Part shown: one piece after another, positions 9,576 through 18,837 of the stretch
How the letters are laid out: each line of letters opens with the position of its first letter
Position numbering within the stretch: the first letter of the stretch is position 1
Source: a virus
Taxonomy: Duplodnaviria > Heunggongvirae > Uroviricota > Caudoviricetes
IMG/VR virus record: IMGVR_UViG_3300027994_000001
Location: 1-57,775 of that record
Reading direction: 5' to 3' (one strand)
Length of the DNA: 57,775 bases
Made by a program: the position numbers and the translations under genes
The notes under the pieces: generated by a model
The model's database searches: none
What the model was told of the DNA's origin: nothing
What the model saw: the letters and a program-made list of their open reading frames with translations, nothing else

Positions 9576-11834
9576 ATGGCAACAGCGGGAGCATTAGAGA
9601 GAGACTTCTTCGTACTAGATGGTAAGACTCTAACAACAGGTGGTTCTTTAAATGTAACAAACGGAGTTTTGGCTATCGTAAGTAACGACAATAAAGAACT
9701 AACACAAAACGGAAGAAAAGTTTATTCAAATTTCACAGCACAATCAAAAGACAAATCATTTGATTTACTTTTAGGGGCATTTGATAATCCAGTTTCACAA
9801 TATACAACAAATAAAGCATATGAGAGCCAAGCTTTCAGAATTGCCGACATTGAAGATATTCGTGTAGAAGTACCAAATAGAACAGGTATTGAAGTAGACG
9901 ATTTCATCATAGGATACAATGGTAAACCAGGAACAGAAATCACTGTAGGAGAAAGAACCTCTACCGGAATCGATATCACCCTTAGTGGAGATCCTATTTT
10001 CAATTTAGGATACAAAGAGGGACAGACAACAATTAGACTTGATCTACAATATCCTTATCTTGACGATGATGATGTGTGTATTGACTGTGCTAACGGCGTA
10101 GTCACAATGCAGGAATTGGTAGAAAAAGCAGTGGCTGAATTTAACGCTACAAAATTATTGGGCGGTGTACCGGTTACAGATTATGTTGACGCATTGGTAG
10201 TTAACAGTTTGAATGGCACACTAGAAGATACAGTGGATTATCAGTATTACAACTTAACTTTATTTGATAATGGAGACTCAACAGCTTTAGCAAGAGTACA
10301 ATCTCAATATCCTTTATATAAAGTAGTAAGAACAGATGAAGTTTCAGGAAATCAAACAGTATATACATTACAAGCTCCAGTAGGAACTTCTATCCCTGCA
10401 TATACAACAAGTTTAGCTTCTACAATTAAGGGGTGCGATGCATGTCCAGCAGGTTACACTGAGATTCCAGCAGGTTTTGTTTATTCAATTGCTTTGGAAG
10501 ATGACGGTGTGAGTTTAGTAACTACTATTGACGACCTTCCAGGATATGTTGCTTCTTCAGCAGTTAAAATTGGAAATTCAGTAGCAGGTGTAGGAACATA
10601 CACAGTAGTTGTAACAGCAGAATTAACAGATGCACAAATAGCAACATTTAGAGCAATTTCAGCACCAGCTTCAACAGCGGTATTTGATTTGGCCGGAGAA
10701 GTTCAAGCAGTATGTTCTAATGCTACTACAGTATCTACTGCATGGACATTAGGAGATATCTGTCAATCAACTACAAAAGCTTATACAATTACAATTGCAG
10801 ACGATGAGTGCGGTGGAAATATCTTAGCAGATTTACAAGCAGCATATCCAGAATTGACAATTACAATCGATACAGTTAATTTATCAAGAACAGCTACCTT
10901 AACAGGAACGTCAGGAACAGCAACAATCACAATTGGAGGTCTTCCTTATACGGCTACATTCAACACTAACTTAACTACAACTGCTTCTGATTTCATTACA
11001 GCTAATAAGGCCGCGATTGAATTAGCAACAGGCGGAGTAATTACTTCTAGTGGAGCAACAATTATTTTAGTAGCACCATCTGATTCATATCCAGGATTCT
11101 CAATTGTAAACGCCACAGGAACTTTAGCAGGAACAGTTGCAGCAGCAGCAGGATCAGGGGCACAACTTTCTTCTTTATGTCAAACAACTTACAGAACTAA
11201 TGTACCAACAGACATTATCTGCGAAGAGTGTTCAGATGAATTCAGAGGATTATTTACAGCTGAAGCACCTAAAAATTACGGATTAAATGTATGGGAGACA
11301 GCTTCTGACACTTACGATGTAGACGCGAAAATGGGAATACGTTTCAGAGGTAAAGCATTTACAATGTCAGGATCAGAAGAATACAGAGATGATATGCCAT
11401 TTTACGCAACTTCTACTCGTATTTCTGTAGCAGGCGGACAAGCAACATACATTGCAGAAAACTGGGAATCAAGTAAATTTCCTTTCAAAGTAAAAGTGTT
11501 GTCAATTGCAGCAGATCCAGAAGCATTAGGAGGTTACTTATATAACAGAGAAGATCAAGCCAGATATAATTTAACTGGGGTTGAAAGATTTGAAGGTAAT
11601 AACTACGCTAAATGGTTATGGGGGCAAGAGTCAAGAGTGAGAGGATTAGCACAATACATCCAATACACGATCACCATCAGACCTCAATTCTATTACAAAC
11701 TGTTACCACATTCTTCAATTAAGACTAATCTTAATATCATTGTTGAAGTCGGCAGGCACAATGCGGTAGAGACGATTTTGAACAATTTGGCCGCCGCTGC
11801 CCAACTACCCGCAGTCCAAGCGTTCGCAAAATAA
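9576..11834 (+). CDS. Abundant virion protein, probable auxiliary capsid/decoration protein with inserted beta-rich domains
   Basis: Thr/Ala/Gly-rich, with paired Cys (CDAC, CEEC); third gene after MCP as in crAss-like modules; followed by a strong terminator. Confidence 0.55.
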   Translation: MATAGALERDFFVLDGKTLTTGGSLNVTNGVLAIVSNDNKELTQNGRKVYSNFTAQSKDKSFDLLLGAFDNPVSQYTTNKAYESQAFRIADIEDIRVEVPNRTGIEVDDFIIGYNGKPGTEITVGERTSTGIDITLSGDPIFNLGYKEGQTTIRLDLQYPYLDDDDVCIDCANGVVTMQELVEKAVAEFNATKLLGGVPVTDYVDALVVNSLNGTLEDTVDYQYYNLTLFDNGDSTALARVQSQYPLYKVVRTDEVSGNQTVYTLQAPVGTSIPAYTTSLASTIKGCDACPAGYTEIPAGFVYSIALEDDGVSLVTTIDDLPGYVASSAVKIGNSVAGVGTYTVVVTAELTDAQIATFRAISAPASTAVFDLAGEVQAVCSNATTVSTAWTLGDICQSTTKAYTITIADDECGGNILADLQAAYPELTITIDTVNLSRTATLTGTSGTATITIGGLPYTATFNTNLTTTASDFITANKAAIELATGGVITSSGATIILVAPSDSYPGFSIVNATGTLAGTVAAAAGSGAQLSSLCQTTYRTNVPTDIICEECSDEFRGLFTAEAPKNYGLNVWETASDTYDVDAKMGIRFRGKAFTMSGSEEYRDDMPFYATSTRISVAGGQATYIAENWESSKFPFKVKVLSIAADPEALGGYLYNREDQARYNLTGVERFEGNNYAKWLWGQESRVRGLAQYIQYTITIRPQFYYKLLPHSSIKTNLNIIVEVGRHNAVETILNNLAAAAQLPAVQAFAK

Positions 11835-11852
11835 TAAATAACTAAATAGAAG

Positions 11853-11886
11853 AGGAGAGAGAATTAAACAACCTCTCTCCTTTTTT
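11853..11886 (+). terminator. Intrinsic terminator
   Basis: AGGAGAGAG (11853-11861) / CTCTCTCCT (11873-11881) followed by a T-run. Confidence 0.85.
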
Positions 11887-11902
11887 AAATAAAGTATATT
11901 CG

Positions 11903-12142
11903 ATGAAAGAAATTATAAACCGATTACTCGGAAGAACACCTACATTTTTTAAAAACATAATAAATATAGCTATTTCAGTTTCTACCTTATCCACTCTAAT
12001 CTTAACCTCAGGACTTGTTATTCCAGATTCTACTTTAGGGTTCATAACTAAATCAGGGATCGTAGCAGGAATCGTAGCAGGGTTTGTGGCAAAATTAACT
12101 ACTTTATATGGAGTTAATAAGGACGGAGAAGTTATAAAATAA
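11903..12142 (+). CDS. Holin-like small membrane protein
   Basis: 79 aa, basic N-terminus (RLLGRTPTFFK), two hydrophobic segments, charged C-tail; upstream of the endolysin. Confidence 0.6.
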   Translation: MKEIINRLLGRTPTFFKNIINIAISVSTLSTLILTSGLVIPDSTLGFITKSGIVAGIVAGFVAKLTTLYGVNKDGEVIK

Positions 12143-12153
12143 TATTAAACTGA

Positions 12154-12576
12154 ATGGAGCTATTATCTCTTTTCGCGAAAGTCTACTTAATGAATTTAAT
12201 AGAATATTGGAGAGAGTTTGGGTTATTGGTACTACCTTTAGCAACATGGCTTACCACACGAAAAATGGCGGCCATTAAGTTAAGGACAGAGGGGGCAGGA
12301 TCAATCGCCGCAATTCAGAGTATATATGACAAATATCTTGAACATAACTCTGCAATAACACAAGAACTTGTATCTAGAGTAAACCAATTAGAAGAGCACG
12401 GAAGAGCCTTACAAAAGAACTTCAATGAAATGTCCATTTCCTACATGATAGTAATGGACGAAAATAAAAAAATTGAAGCTCAATATAAACAGCTTCTAAA
12501 AAATTATGAAATGTTAAGTGCGGATTATGAAAGACTTAAGCTAGAGTTCGATAAATATAAAAAATCAAATAAATAA
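12154..12576 (+). CDS. Membrane-anchored coiled-coil lysis protein (holin/antiholin or i-spanin-like)
   Basis: N-terminal TM (FGLLVLPLATWLTT) then a long heptad coiled coil; stop/start overlap with the endolysin. Confidence 0.5.
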   Translation: MELLSLFAKVYLMNLIEYWREFGLLVLPLATWLTTRKMAAIKLRTEGAGSIAAIQSIYDKYLEHNSAITQELVSRVNQLEEHGRALQKNFNEMSISYMIVMDENKKIEAQYKQLLKNYEMLSADYERLKLEFDKYKKSNK

Positions 12577-13172
12577 TGACTAAAGCAGAAGAATTAACGA
12601 AAAAGTATAAAACTCTTTTGAGTAAGTATGAAGTAAATACCCCTCTTCGACTGTCTCATTTTTGGGGGCAATTGGAACAAGAGAGTAAAATACAACCTAT
12701 TCAAGAAAACTTAAACTATTCTTATCAAGGGCTTCTAGATTATTTTAAAAGTGATTTTGATACTAATAATGACAGAGTACTATCACCAACTGAAAAAAAA
12801 GTTGCCGAACTATTAGCTAGAAAACCAGAGCAGATAGGGAACTTTGTATATGCAAATCAAAATGGAAATGGAGGAGTTAATTCAGGCGACGGATGGAAAT
12901 TCAGAGGGAGATATTTTATTCAAATCACAGGAAGAGAAAATTATAAAAAACTTCAAGAAGATACAGGAATAGATTTTCTAGATAATCCAGACAAACATCT
13001 AAATGAAACTGACAGCTTGATTTCTGCCCTATGGTATTGGAAAACTAGAAATTTAAATAAACTTGCAGATTCAGACGACGTAAAGGCGATAACTAAAAAA
13101 ATAAACGGGGGATATAACCACTTAAAAGAACGAATAGAATTCGTAAACAAATATAAAAAAATATTTAAATAA
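12576..13172 (+). CDS. Endolysin, glycoside hydrolase family 19
   Basis: GH19 motifs RLSHFWGQLEQES, FRGRYFIQITGRENY, SALWYW, ITKKINGGYN. Confidence 0.9.
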   Translation: MTKAEELTKKYKTLLSKYEVNTPLRLSHFWGQLEQESKIQPIQENLNYSYQGLLDYFKSDFDTNNDRVLSPTEKKVAELLARKPEQIGNFVYANQNGNGGVNSGDGWKFRGRYFIQITGRENYKKLQEDTGIDFLDNPDKHLNETDSLISALWYWKTRNLNKLADSDDVKAITKKINGGYNHLKERIEFVNKYKKIFK

Positions 13173-13336
13173 TGACAGAATTTATAGCAGGAGTAATACT
13201 GTTTGCAGTGATAGTTGTAATAATTATCATCAAAAATAAAAAACAAGTAAAAGAGGATGAAAAAATTGATACAGCATTAACAGATGATGAAACTCCTTTA
13301 CCAACACCTCCGATTCCTCCAAAAGGCACTCCGTAG
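13172..13336 (+). CDS. 54-aa single-TM protein with Pro-rich tail (not in the ORF track)
   Basis: MTEFIAGVILFAVIVVIIIIKNKK...PLPTPPIPPKGTP*; starts by TAATG overlap with the endolysin stop. Confidence 0.7.
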   Translation: MTEFIAGVILFAVIVVIIIIKNKKQVKEDEKIDTALTDDETPLPTPPIPPKGTP

Positions 13337-13697
13337 TATACTGTTAATATTATCAGCTTTAACTTTATTCTTTTGTAGAGACATAAGTGGATATACAAGC
13401 AATTATAACGCAGATATTTGGTTTTACCATTTTATAATTATTGAAAGACTATCCATGTTATTTTTACTGCTTTCAATATTCAAACACACTCAAAAAATAT
13501 GCTGGGTGGCTTCGGAGCTATTACTTTTCTTTTTAGTGCAGGACATCATAGACAGAACCTGGTTTAATGTAAAAGAGATAAACGTAAATGATTATATTAC
13601 AATAGGAATAATATTTCTTATTGCGGGAATAAAAATAATAACAAAATATAAAAATAAACAAAATGACAATTCCAGAACAAATCAAAAGACTATATAA
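13284..13697 (+). CDS. Multi-pass membrane protein overlapping the previous ORF
   Basis: About four hydrophobic segments; overlaps 13172..13336 in another frame; start codon uncertain. Confidence 0.55.
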   Translation: MMKLLYQHLRFLQKALRSILLILSALTLFFCRDISGYTSNYNADIWFYHFIIIERLSMLFLLLSIFKHTQKICWVASELLLFFLVQDIIDRTWFNVKEINVNDYITIGIIFLIAGIKIITKYKNKQNDNSRTNQKTI

Positions 13698-13953
13698 CTA
13701 CAATTCTGCAAGTAAACTAAAAAAACTTTTTTCAGATTTATATGAAGTTTTAGTAAAACCTTCAGCTACAATAGCTAAGATAACACCTACAACTAACTTA
13801 CCTGCCGTAGCCGGAACATATGCCGATTTAGCAGCAGCAAGAACATCGGTAGACGCACAAAGAACTGCAATAGAAGCAAGACTAGATGCTATTGAAACTA
13901 AGATAGATGAGTATAACACTAAGTTAAAAGCTTCCGGTGTAATAGCTGAATAA
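13663..13953 (+). CDS. Small coiled-coil virion protein (head-fibre/decoration-like)
   Basis: C-terminal AIEARLDAIETKIDEYNTKLKASGVIA resembles head-fibre trimerisation ends. Confidence 0.45.
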   Translation: MTIPEQIKRLYNYNSASKLKKLFSDLYEVLVKPSATIAKITPTTNLPAVAGTYADLAAARTSVDAQRTAIEARLDAIETKIDEYNTKLKASGVIAE

Positions 13954-13959
13954 AAAAAT

Positions 13960-14505
13960 ATGGAACTAGTTGGAAACATACATATAGATTTTGAAGTTTT
14001 TGAAACAGGTAATCCAAAAATTCTGTCCGTAGCGGACACAAGCAATTGGTTATATGCTGAAAATAAACCAAGCTATATATTAATAAAACTTCCTGGATCA
14101 AAGAAAGATAAAACACTCGCTTTTAAAAAATACGCTGTTAATAATTTTAATTCCCATGTTCTAGGGCTTTCTTGCCTAAAAGGAGATTGTACAGAGGAAA
14201 CTTATGTAAACTTACCTGATGGCATATATACCATAAAATTACTTAGCGGGTACGAAGACATAGAAAAAGAAAGATATTATCTTAAAACGGACGTAATTGA
14301 CTTAGAAATAGCTAAAGCACTCACTTTAATAGGGTTTGATTTTACAGAAGACACCGCAAGACAAATAAAACCTTTTCAAAAAGTAAAAACATTCCTAACT
14401 GTAGCTAAATCTTGGACTAAACAAGGAGACTTTGTAAAAGCGGATAGATACTTTCAAGAAGCTGTAACTTTATTTAATAAACAAAAATGGGGCAGGAAAG
14501 CTTAG
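13960..14505 (+). CDS. Putative virion structural protein (181 aa)
   Basis: Intact ORF with A-rich start in the structural module; beta-rich N-terminus, helical C-terminus. Confidence 0.45.
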   Translation: MELVGNIHIDFEVFETGNPKILSVADTSNWLYAENKPSYILIKLPGSKKDKTLAFKKYAVNNFNSHVLGLSCLKGDCTEETYVNLPDGIYTIKLLSGYEDIEKERYYLKTDVIDLEIAKALTLIGFDFTEDTARQIKPFQKVKTFLTVAKSWTKQGDFVKADRYFQEAVTLFNKQKWGRKA

Positions 14506-14822
14506 AAAAACTCAGTATAGGTAAATATCTATTGGAGTGGGAAAAAGGACTTAATGATGAAATAGACAAGCAGTACTTATTAGATCATTTTATGTTAGGT
14601 GAAGGAGGAAACAAAGATAAAATAGAATTCTATCAATTGTATTTAGATACTTTCTGCACAGATAATTGTGAATTGTCAAATTGGATATGGAAGAAAATAA
14701 ATGGGTTCTTTGAAGATGTTAAAATAACTAGAAGCGGAAAAGTAATACCTTTAAAGTACCAGCCTGTAGAGAATATAATGAAAGTTTATAACAATTGTTC
14801 TTGGAAATCAAGAATTTGGTAA
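14487..14822 (+). CDS. Hypothetical protein (111 aa)
   Basis: Intact ORF coupled to its neighbours; contains CTDNC. Confidence 0.45.
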   Translation: MGQESLEKLSIGKYLLEWEKGLNDEIDKQYLLDHFMLGEGGNKDKIEFYQLYLDTFCTDNCELSNWIWKKINGFFEDVKITRSGKVIPLKYQPVENIMKVYNNCSWKSRIW

Positions 14823-14832
14823 AAAATAAAAA

Positions 14833-17316
14833 ATGTCACAAGAAGTAAAAAGTTATAAATTAAAAGCACTACCTACGCGCCCTATTCCAGATGCCATTCT
14901 ATATATAAAAGCAGATGGTGATGCAAGTGTAAGTACTTATATAACAGATATAAATGGAATACCATATCCTTTAAAAGATACAGGTGGAAGTGGAGGATCT
15001 AGTATAAAAACTATAGTAAATACAGACGGCACTATATCAGTATTAGGGACAGATAATACAGTACTTAATTTATCTACAGCCATAAAAAATATAATAAATT
15101 CTGCACTTCAATCAGGCGACAACATTTCTGAATTGCTAAATGATGCAGGTTATATCACAATAGCAGATGTTCCTTCACAAGTAGTTAATTTACAAGCAAC
15201 ATCATCACCAACTGATGTTGTCATCAACAATACGAATGGTACAAATGCAACAATTCTTGCAGCAACAGCCACCGACGCAGGAGTACTTTTACCAAATGAT
15301 AAAACTAAATTAAATAACCTTAGCGGGGTAAATAGTGGAGATCAAAACTCTATAGTAGGAATTTCCGGCACAAAAACAGAATATAATACATCACTTACAG
15401 ACGGAGATTTTTTATTTGTAGGGGATGTAAGTGTTTATACTAATGAAGAGGCACAAGACGCAGTAGGAAGTATTTTATTAGATACTCCAACAATTGATTT
15501 AAACTATGACGATTCTACACCCAGCCTTTCAGCAAGTGTAAAACCAAATTCAATAACTTCAACAGAATTAGCCGACAACATAAACCTAACGGAATTTGTA
15601 AATAATGCGGGATTTGAAAATACTGCACAACTAAATATCCGAGATACAAATAATAGAAATAGAGCTAATCATACAGGAACTCAAGCAATATCTACAGTTG
15701 CTAACTTGCAAAGCAGTTTAGATGCAAAAGAAGATGTAGCTAATAAGACACAAGATATTGAAACCAATAAAACATCAACAACTTTATACTCAAGTGTAAA
15801 ACAGCTATATGACTGGGCAACCGCCAAATTTCAAGCAATTTTAGTATCTGGTACAAATATAAAAACGGTAAATTTTGGTAATTTGTTAGGGATTGGAAAC
15901 TTACCAATACAATTTATGAATGCTGCAACTTTTGAGGCTTATGGTGATAGTATAACAGTTGGTCAAAATTCGTCACCTACGAGCAATTCTTATGTAAACT
16001 TAACCGCTGGATTATACGCAAAGACTGTTACAAATAGAGCGGTTTCTGGAAGAGGTATTTGGGAAGCTACTAGACTTCATTTTGCCAATGTGGCAACTTC
16101 CAGCACAGTATTATCTATTGTCATGGCAGGTTTTAATGATGTTAGGAGAGGAGGATCTGCAATAAAAACCAGAAATAAAATAATAAATGGATATAAATCA
16201 ATTTTAGCAAATCAATTTTTAAGTTCATTTCTTCCTGCTAATCCTGCAAATGCGAGTATTGTTAAATCTGGAACATGGTCTTTATTCTCAGGATTAGCCG
16301 TCGGTGCAAAAACTAACACAGGCAGTTTTTCGAGTATTAGTGGGAACTACATAGAATATACATTTACCGATAATAATGTAGTTGTGGGCTTGGTAGGCGC
16401 AGATGGAGTAACACAAATTTATGCAGATTTCACAGTTTTAATAGATGGGGTCTCTCAAGGGACATTTACAGAGAATAATCAAACTGATGGAATAAGTGAT
16501 GGTGTGAATGATAATTCAAGGAGTGCTATGAATTTGATATTTAGCGGACTTTCAGAAGGAACTCATGTAATCAGACTAACAAACACAACAAATTTACCAT
16601 TAGTAATAGACTATTTTGGTCATATGAAGATGCCTAAATTTTGCTACCCTGTATTGATAATGCAAGCACCAAAAATGGACGCAACAGGTTACGCTACAGT
16701 ACCTAATCTGGCAAATGACACAGTAATTAACCAATTAAATGCAGACATACTGTCTTTAGTAGCCACCTTTCCGGCAGATTATCCAATAGTAGTAGGAGAT
16801 ACAAATACATATTATAATGTTGCCACAGGTCTTGATACTGCCGATCATATTCACCCTAATAATATAGGTCACAGACAAATTTACAGAGCTGCCTATACCG
16901 CATTAAAACCACTCCTCTTAGGAGGATCAACCACAACAGTTGTTGACGCAACCACAACTGTAAAGGGAATAGTCAAATTAGCTAATGATTTGGGAGGTAC
17001 AGCAGATTTACCTACAGTTCCAGGTTTATTACTTAAATTAAATGTGAACGCTAATGCAAGTTTAGCAGGTACAGGTACCAGAATGATGGAAGCTATTGCC
17101 GACGGAACTCCTATCGCTACCTATGTAAAATACCAAATGAAGGTTAGTGATAGCGATGTAATTACAGCTATTACAGGAGCAACGTATACAGGTGGCATCG
17201 CAACAATAACGCCGACAAGTAGTAAAGTAATGTATGAAGGGCAGGTTTACCAGGCAAGTACATACTTGTACAGAGCATATTCGGACAATGTAGTATTAAG
17301 AACAGCAATAGTTTAA
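14833..17316 (+). CDS. Tail fibre/spike with SGNH (GDSL) hydrolase domain
   Basis: SGNH blocks GDSITVG, AVSG, AGFND, DHIHPN; fibre motifs ISELLNDAGYIT, RANHTGTQ, DATTTVKGIVKLANDLGGTA. Confidence 0.8.
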   Translation: MSQEVKSYKLKALPTRPIPDAILYIKADGDASVSTYITDINGIPYPLKDTGGSGGSSIKTIVNTDGTISVLGTDNTVLNLSTAIKNIINSALQSGDNISELLNDAGYITIADVPSQVVNLQATSSPTDVVINNTNGTNATILAATATDAGVLLPNDKTKLNNLSGVNSGDQNSIVGISGTKTEYNTSLTDGDFLFVGDVSVYTNEEAQDAVGSILLDTPTIDLNYDDSTPSLSASVKPNSITSTELADNINLTEFVNNAGFENTAQLNIRDTNNRNRANHTGTQAISTVANLQSSLDAKEDVANKTQDIETNKTSTTLYSSVKQLYDWATAKFQAILVSGTNIKTVNFGNLLGIGNLPIQFMNAATFEAYGDSITVGQNSSPTSNSYVNLTAGLYAKTVTNRAVSGRGIWEATRLHFANVATSSTVLSIVMAGFNDVRRGGSAIKTRNKIINGYKSILANQFLSSFLPANPANASIVKSGTWSLFSGLAVGAKTNTGSFSSISGNYIEYTFTDNNVVVGLVGADGVTQIYADFTVLIDGVSQGTFTENNQTDGISDGVNDNSRSAMNLIFSGLSEGTHVIRLTNTTNLPLVIDYFGHMKMPKFCYPVLIMQAPKMDATGYATVPNLANDTVINQLNADILSLVATFPADYPIVVGDTNTYYNVATGLDTADHIHPNNIGHRQIYRAAYTALKPLLLGGSTTTVVDATTTVKGIVKLANDLGGTADLPTVPGLLLKLNVNANASLAGTGTRMMEAIADGTPIATYVKYQMKVSDSDVITAITGATYTGGIATITPTSSKVMYEGQVYQASTYLYRAYSDNVVLRTAIV

Positions 17317-17319
17317 GAC

Positions 17320-18141
17320 ATGTTAATAAACGGAAATAATAATATAATCACTGCTCCAAATATAATTCTTGAAAGAACTTCTAAAAGAATGAGTGATTTT
17401 ATAGACGCGGCAGATGATTCGAATAATATAAAAGGAAATAATAATTTATTACAAGCTATAAGGGTTTTTGATAATATAATGGAGACAAATGGTGTATATC
17501 CTTATATTTTAGCATTCTACCCCATGATAGGAGGTACAGCTTTTAGTCATAAATTTAATTTTATGAACCCTTCATTATATCCTATATTTTGGGATACAGG
17601 TTATGTACATAGTTTAGCAGGGGTTAAAAGTAATGGTATTCTAGGTAGCATATCTTATATACCTATTAATTTTACAGATTTAGTGTATAATAACACACAT
17701 TTACTTTTTGGTGAATTAGAATCCGTACTTTCTCAGGGAGTTTCTGTGGGTTTTGTTGACGCGGGTGTTACTTCGGTTAATAGATTTTTAATACATTCTA
17801 GATTTACAGATGGAAAAAACTACAGTGACCACTACAGTGGGACAACAAACAGAATGTCTTATGATAATGACCCGTCTTTAGGTGTTTACCTTACTCAAAG
17901 AAGCAGTGCTACTTATGCCGAAACTAGAAAAAATGGGATAATACAAGGGACAACTTTAAACACAGCTGTTGGAAACCCAACATCACAATTAAGAATAGCA
18001 AACGCGTATGCAATAAACAATAATTTCTATTATAATGGATTATTTAGTGGAATAGGGGTAGGCTCATCAATGCCTAATTCTCAAGCATTTGCTTATTCAA
18101 ATGCAGTTAATATTATGTTGAAAATTTGTGGTAAAAAATAA
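17320..18141 (+). CDS. Beta-rich virion accessory protein (possible lectin/ConA-like receptor-binding domain)
   Basis: Follows the fibre gene; Asn/Gly/Ser/aromatic-rich beta composition. Confidence 0.4.
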   Translation: MLINGNNNIITAPNIILERTSKRMSDFIDAADDSNNIKGNNNLLQAIRVFDNIMETNGVYPYILAFYPMIGGTAFSHKFNFMNPSLYPIFWDTGYVHSLAGVKSNGILGSISYIPINFTDLVYNNTHLLFGELESVLSQGVSVGFVDAGVTSVNRFLIHSRFTDGKNYSDHYSGTTNRMSYDNDPSLGVYLTQRSSATYAETRKNGIIQGTTLNTAVGNPTSQLRIANAYAINNNFYYNGLFSGIGVGSSMPNSQAFAYSNAVNIMLKICGKK

Positions 18142-18144
18142 AAT

Positions 18145-18573
18145 ATGAAAAATAAATGTAATAAAGTATCACAGACTTGCGGTACAAGACAAGTAGCTTC
18201 ATGTGTAAACTATGAAGGAGAAGTGAACGAACTTTCTCCATTATCAAATGACTGCTCCCTCTCTGTAGAAGAAGTATTAGATGATGTATATACACAATTA
18301 GAAGAAATAAACCTTTCAGAATTAGGAGAGAATTGCCTTACATACATTGAAAATGAAGAAGGCAGAATAGTGGTGAAAAATGCATTGATTAAATTCGAAG
18401 AAGAAATTTGCTCACTAAAACAACAAATAGAAATTTTACAATCCATAGCTATATGTGAGACTGATATTTCAGCCTGCGATTTAAATTTTGGCACACTTAC
18501 AACAGTTTGTTCAACTCAGCCAACCACACTAGCTGAAACTTTACAATTAATTTTAGATACAATACAACCTTAA
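18145..18573 (+). CDS. Cys-rich fibre/hub-type structural protein (142 aa)
   Basis: Many Cys, ASCVNY motif, central coiled coil. Confidence 0.5.
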   Translation: MKNKCNKVSQTCGTRQVASCVNYEGEVNELSPLSNDCSLSVEEVLDDVYTQLEEINLSELGENCLTYIENEEGRIVVKNALIKFEEEICSLKQQIEILQSIAICETDISACDLNFGTLTTVCSTQPTTLAETLQLILDTIQP

Positions 18574-18575
18574 TT

Positions 18576-18824
18576 ATGGAAAATTGCCCTAGTTCAATAA
18601 CACCCATTATAACTGAAGATCTTTGCCAAGGAAAGCAGTCAAGCACTAACTGTTTAATCTTTCCTAACGCCATTACCTATCTAAATTTACCCCCCAATAG
18701 TACAGCAACTGTAGTTATACAAGCACTATTATTGTCTTTGATAGACGCAAGAGCAAGACTGACTGAAGCCGAAGAAAGAATAGAAGATCACGAAATAAGA
18801 ATAACGGCGTTAGAGAACGCGTAA
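18576..18824 (+). CDS. Cys-containing short coiled-coil protein (82 aa)
   Basis: STNCL motif; C-terminal heptads (LTEAEERIEDHEIRITALE). Confidence 0.5.
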   Translation: MENCPSSITPIITEDLCQGKQSSTNCLIFPNAITYLNLPPNSTATVVIQALLLSLIDARARLTEAEERIEDHEIRITALENA

Positions 18825-18837
18825 AAATAAAATAATT

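Noticed and set aside
13350-13385. LTLFFC as a lipobox (o-spanin)
   Set aside because: Poor match to the lipobox, and additional TM segments follow the Cys.
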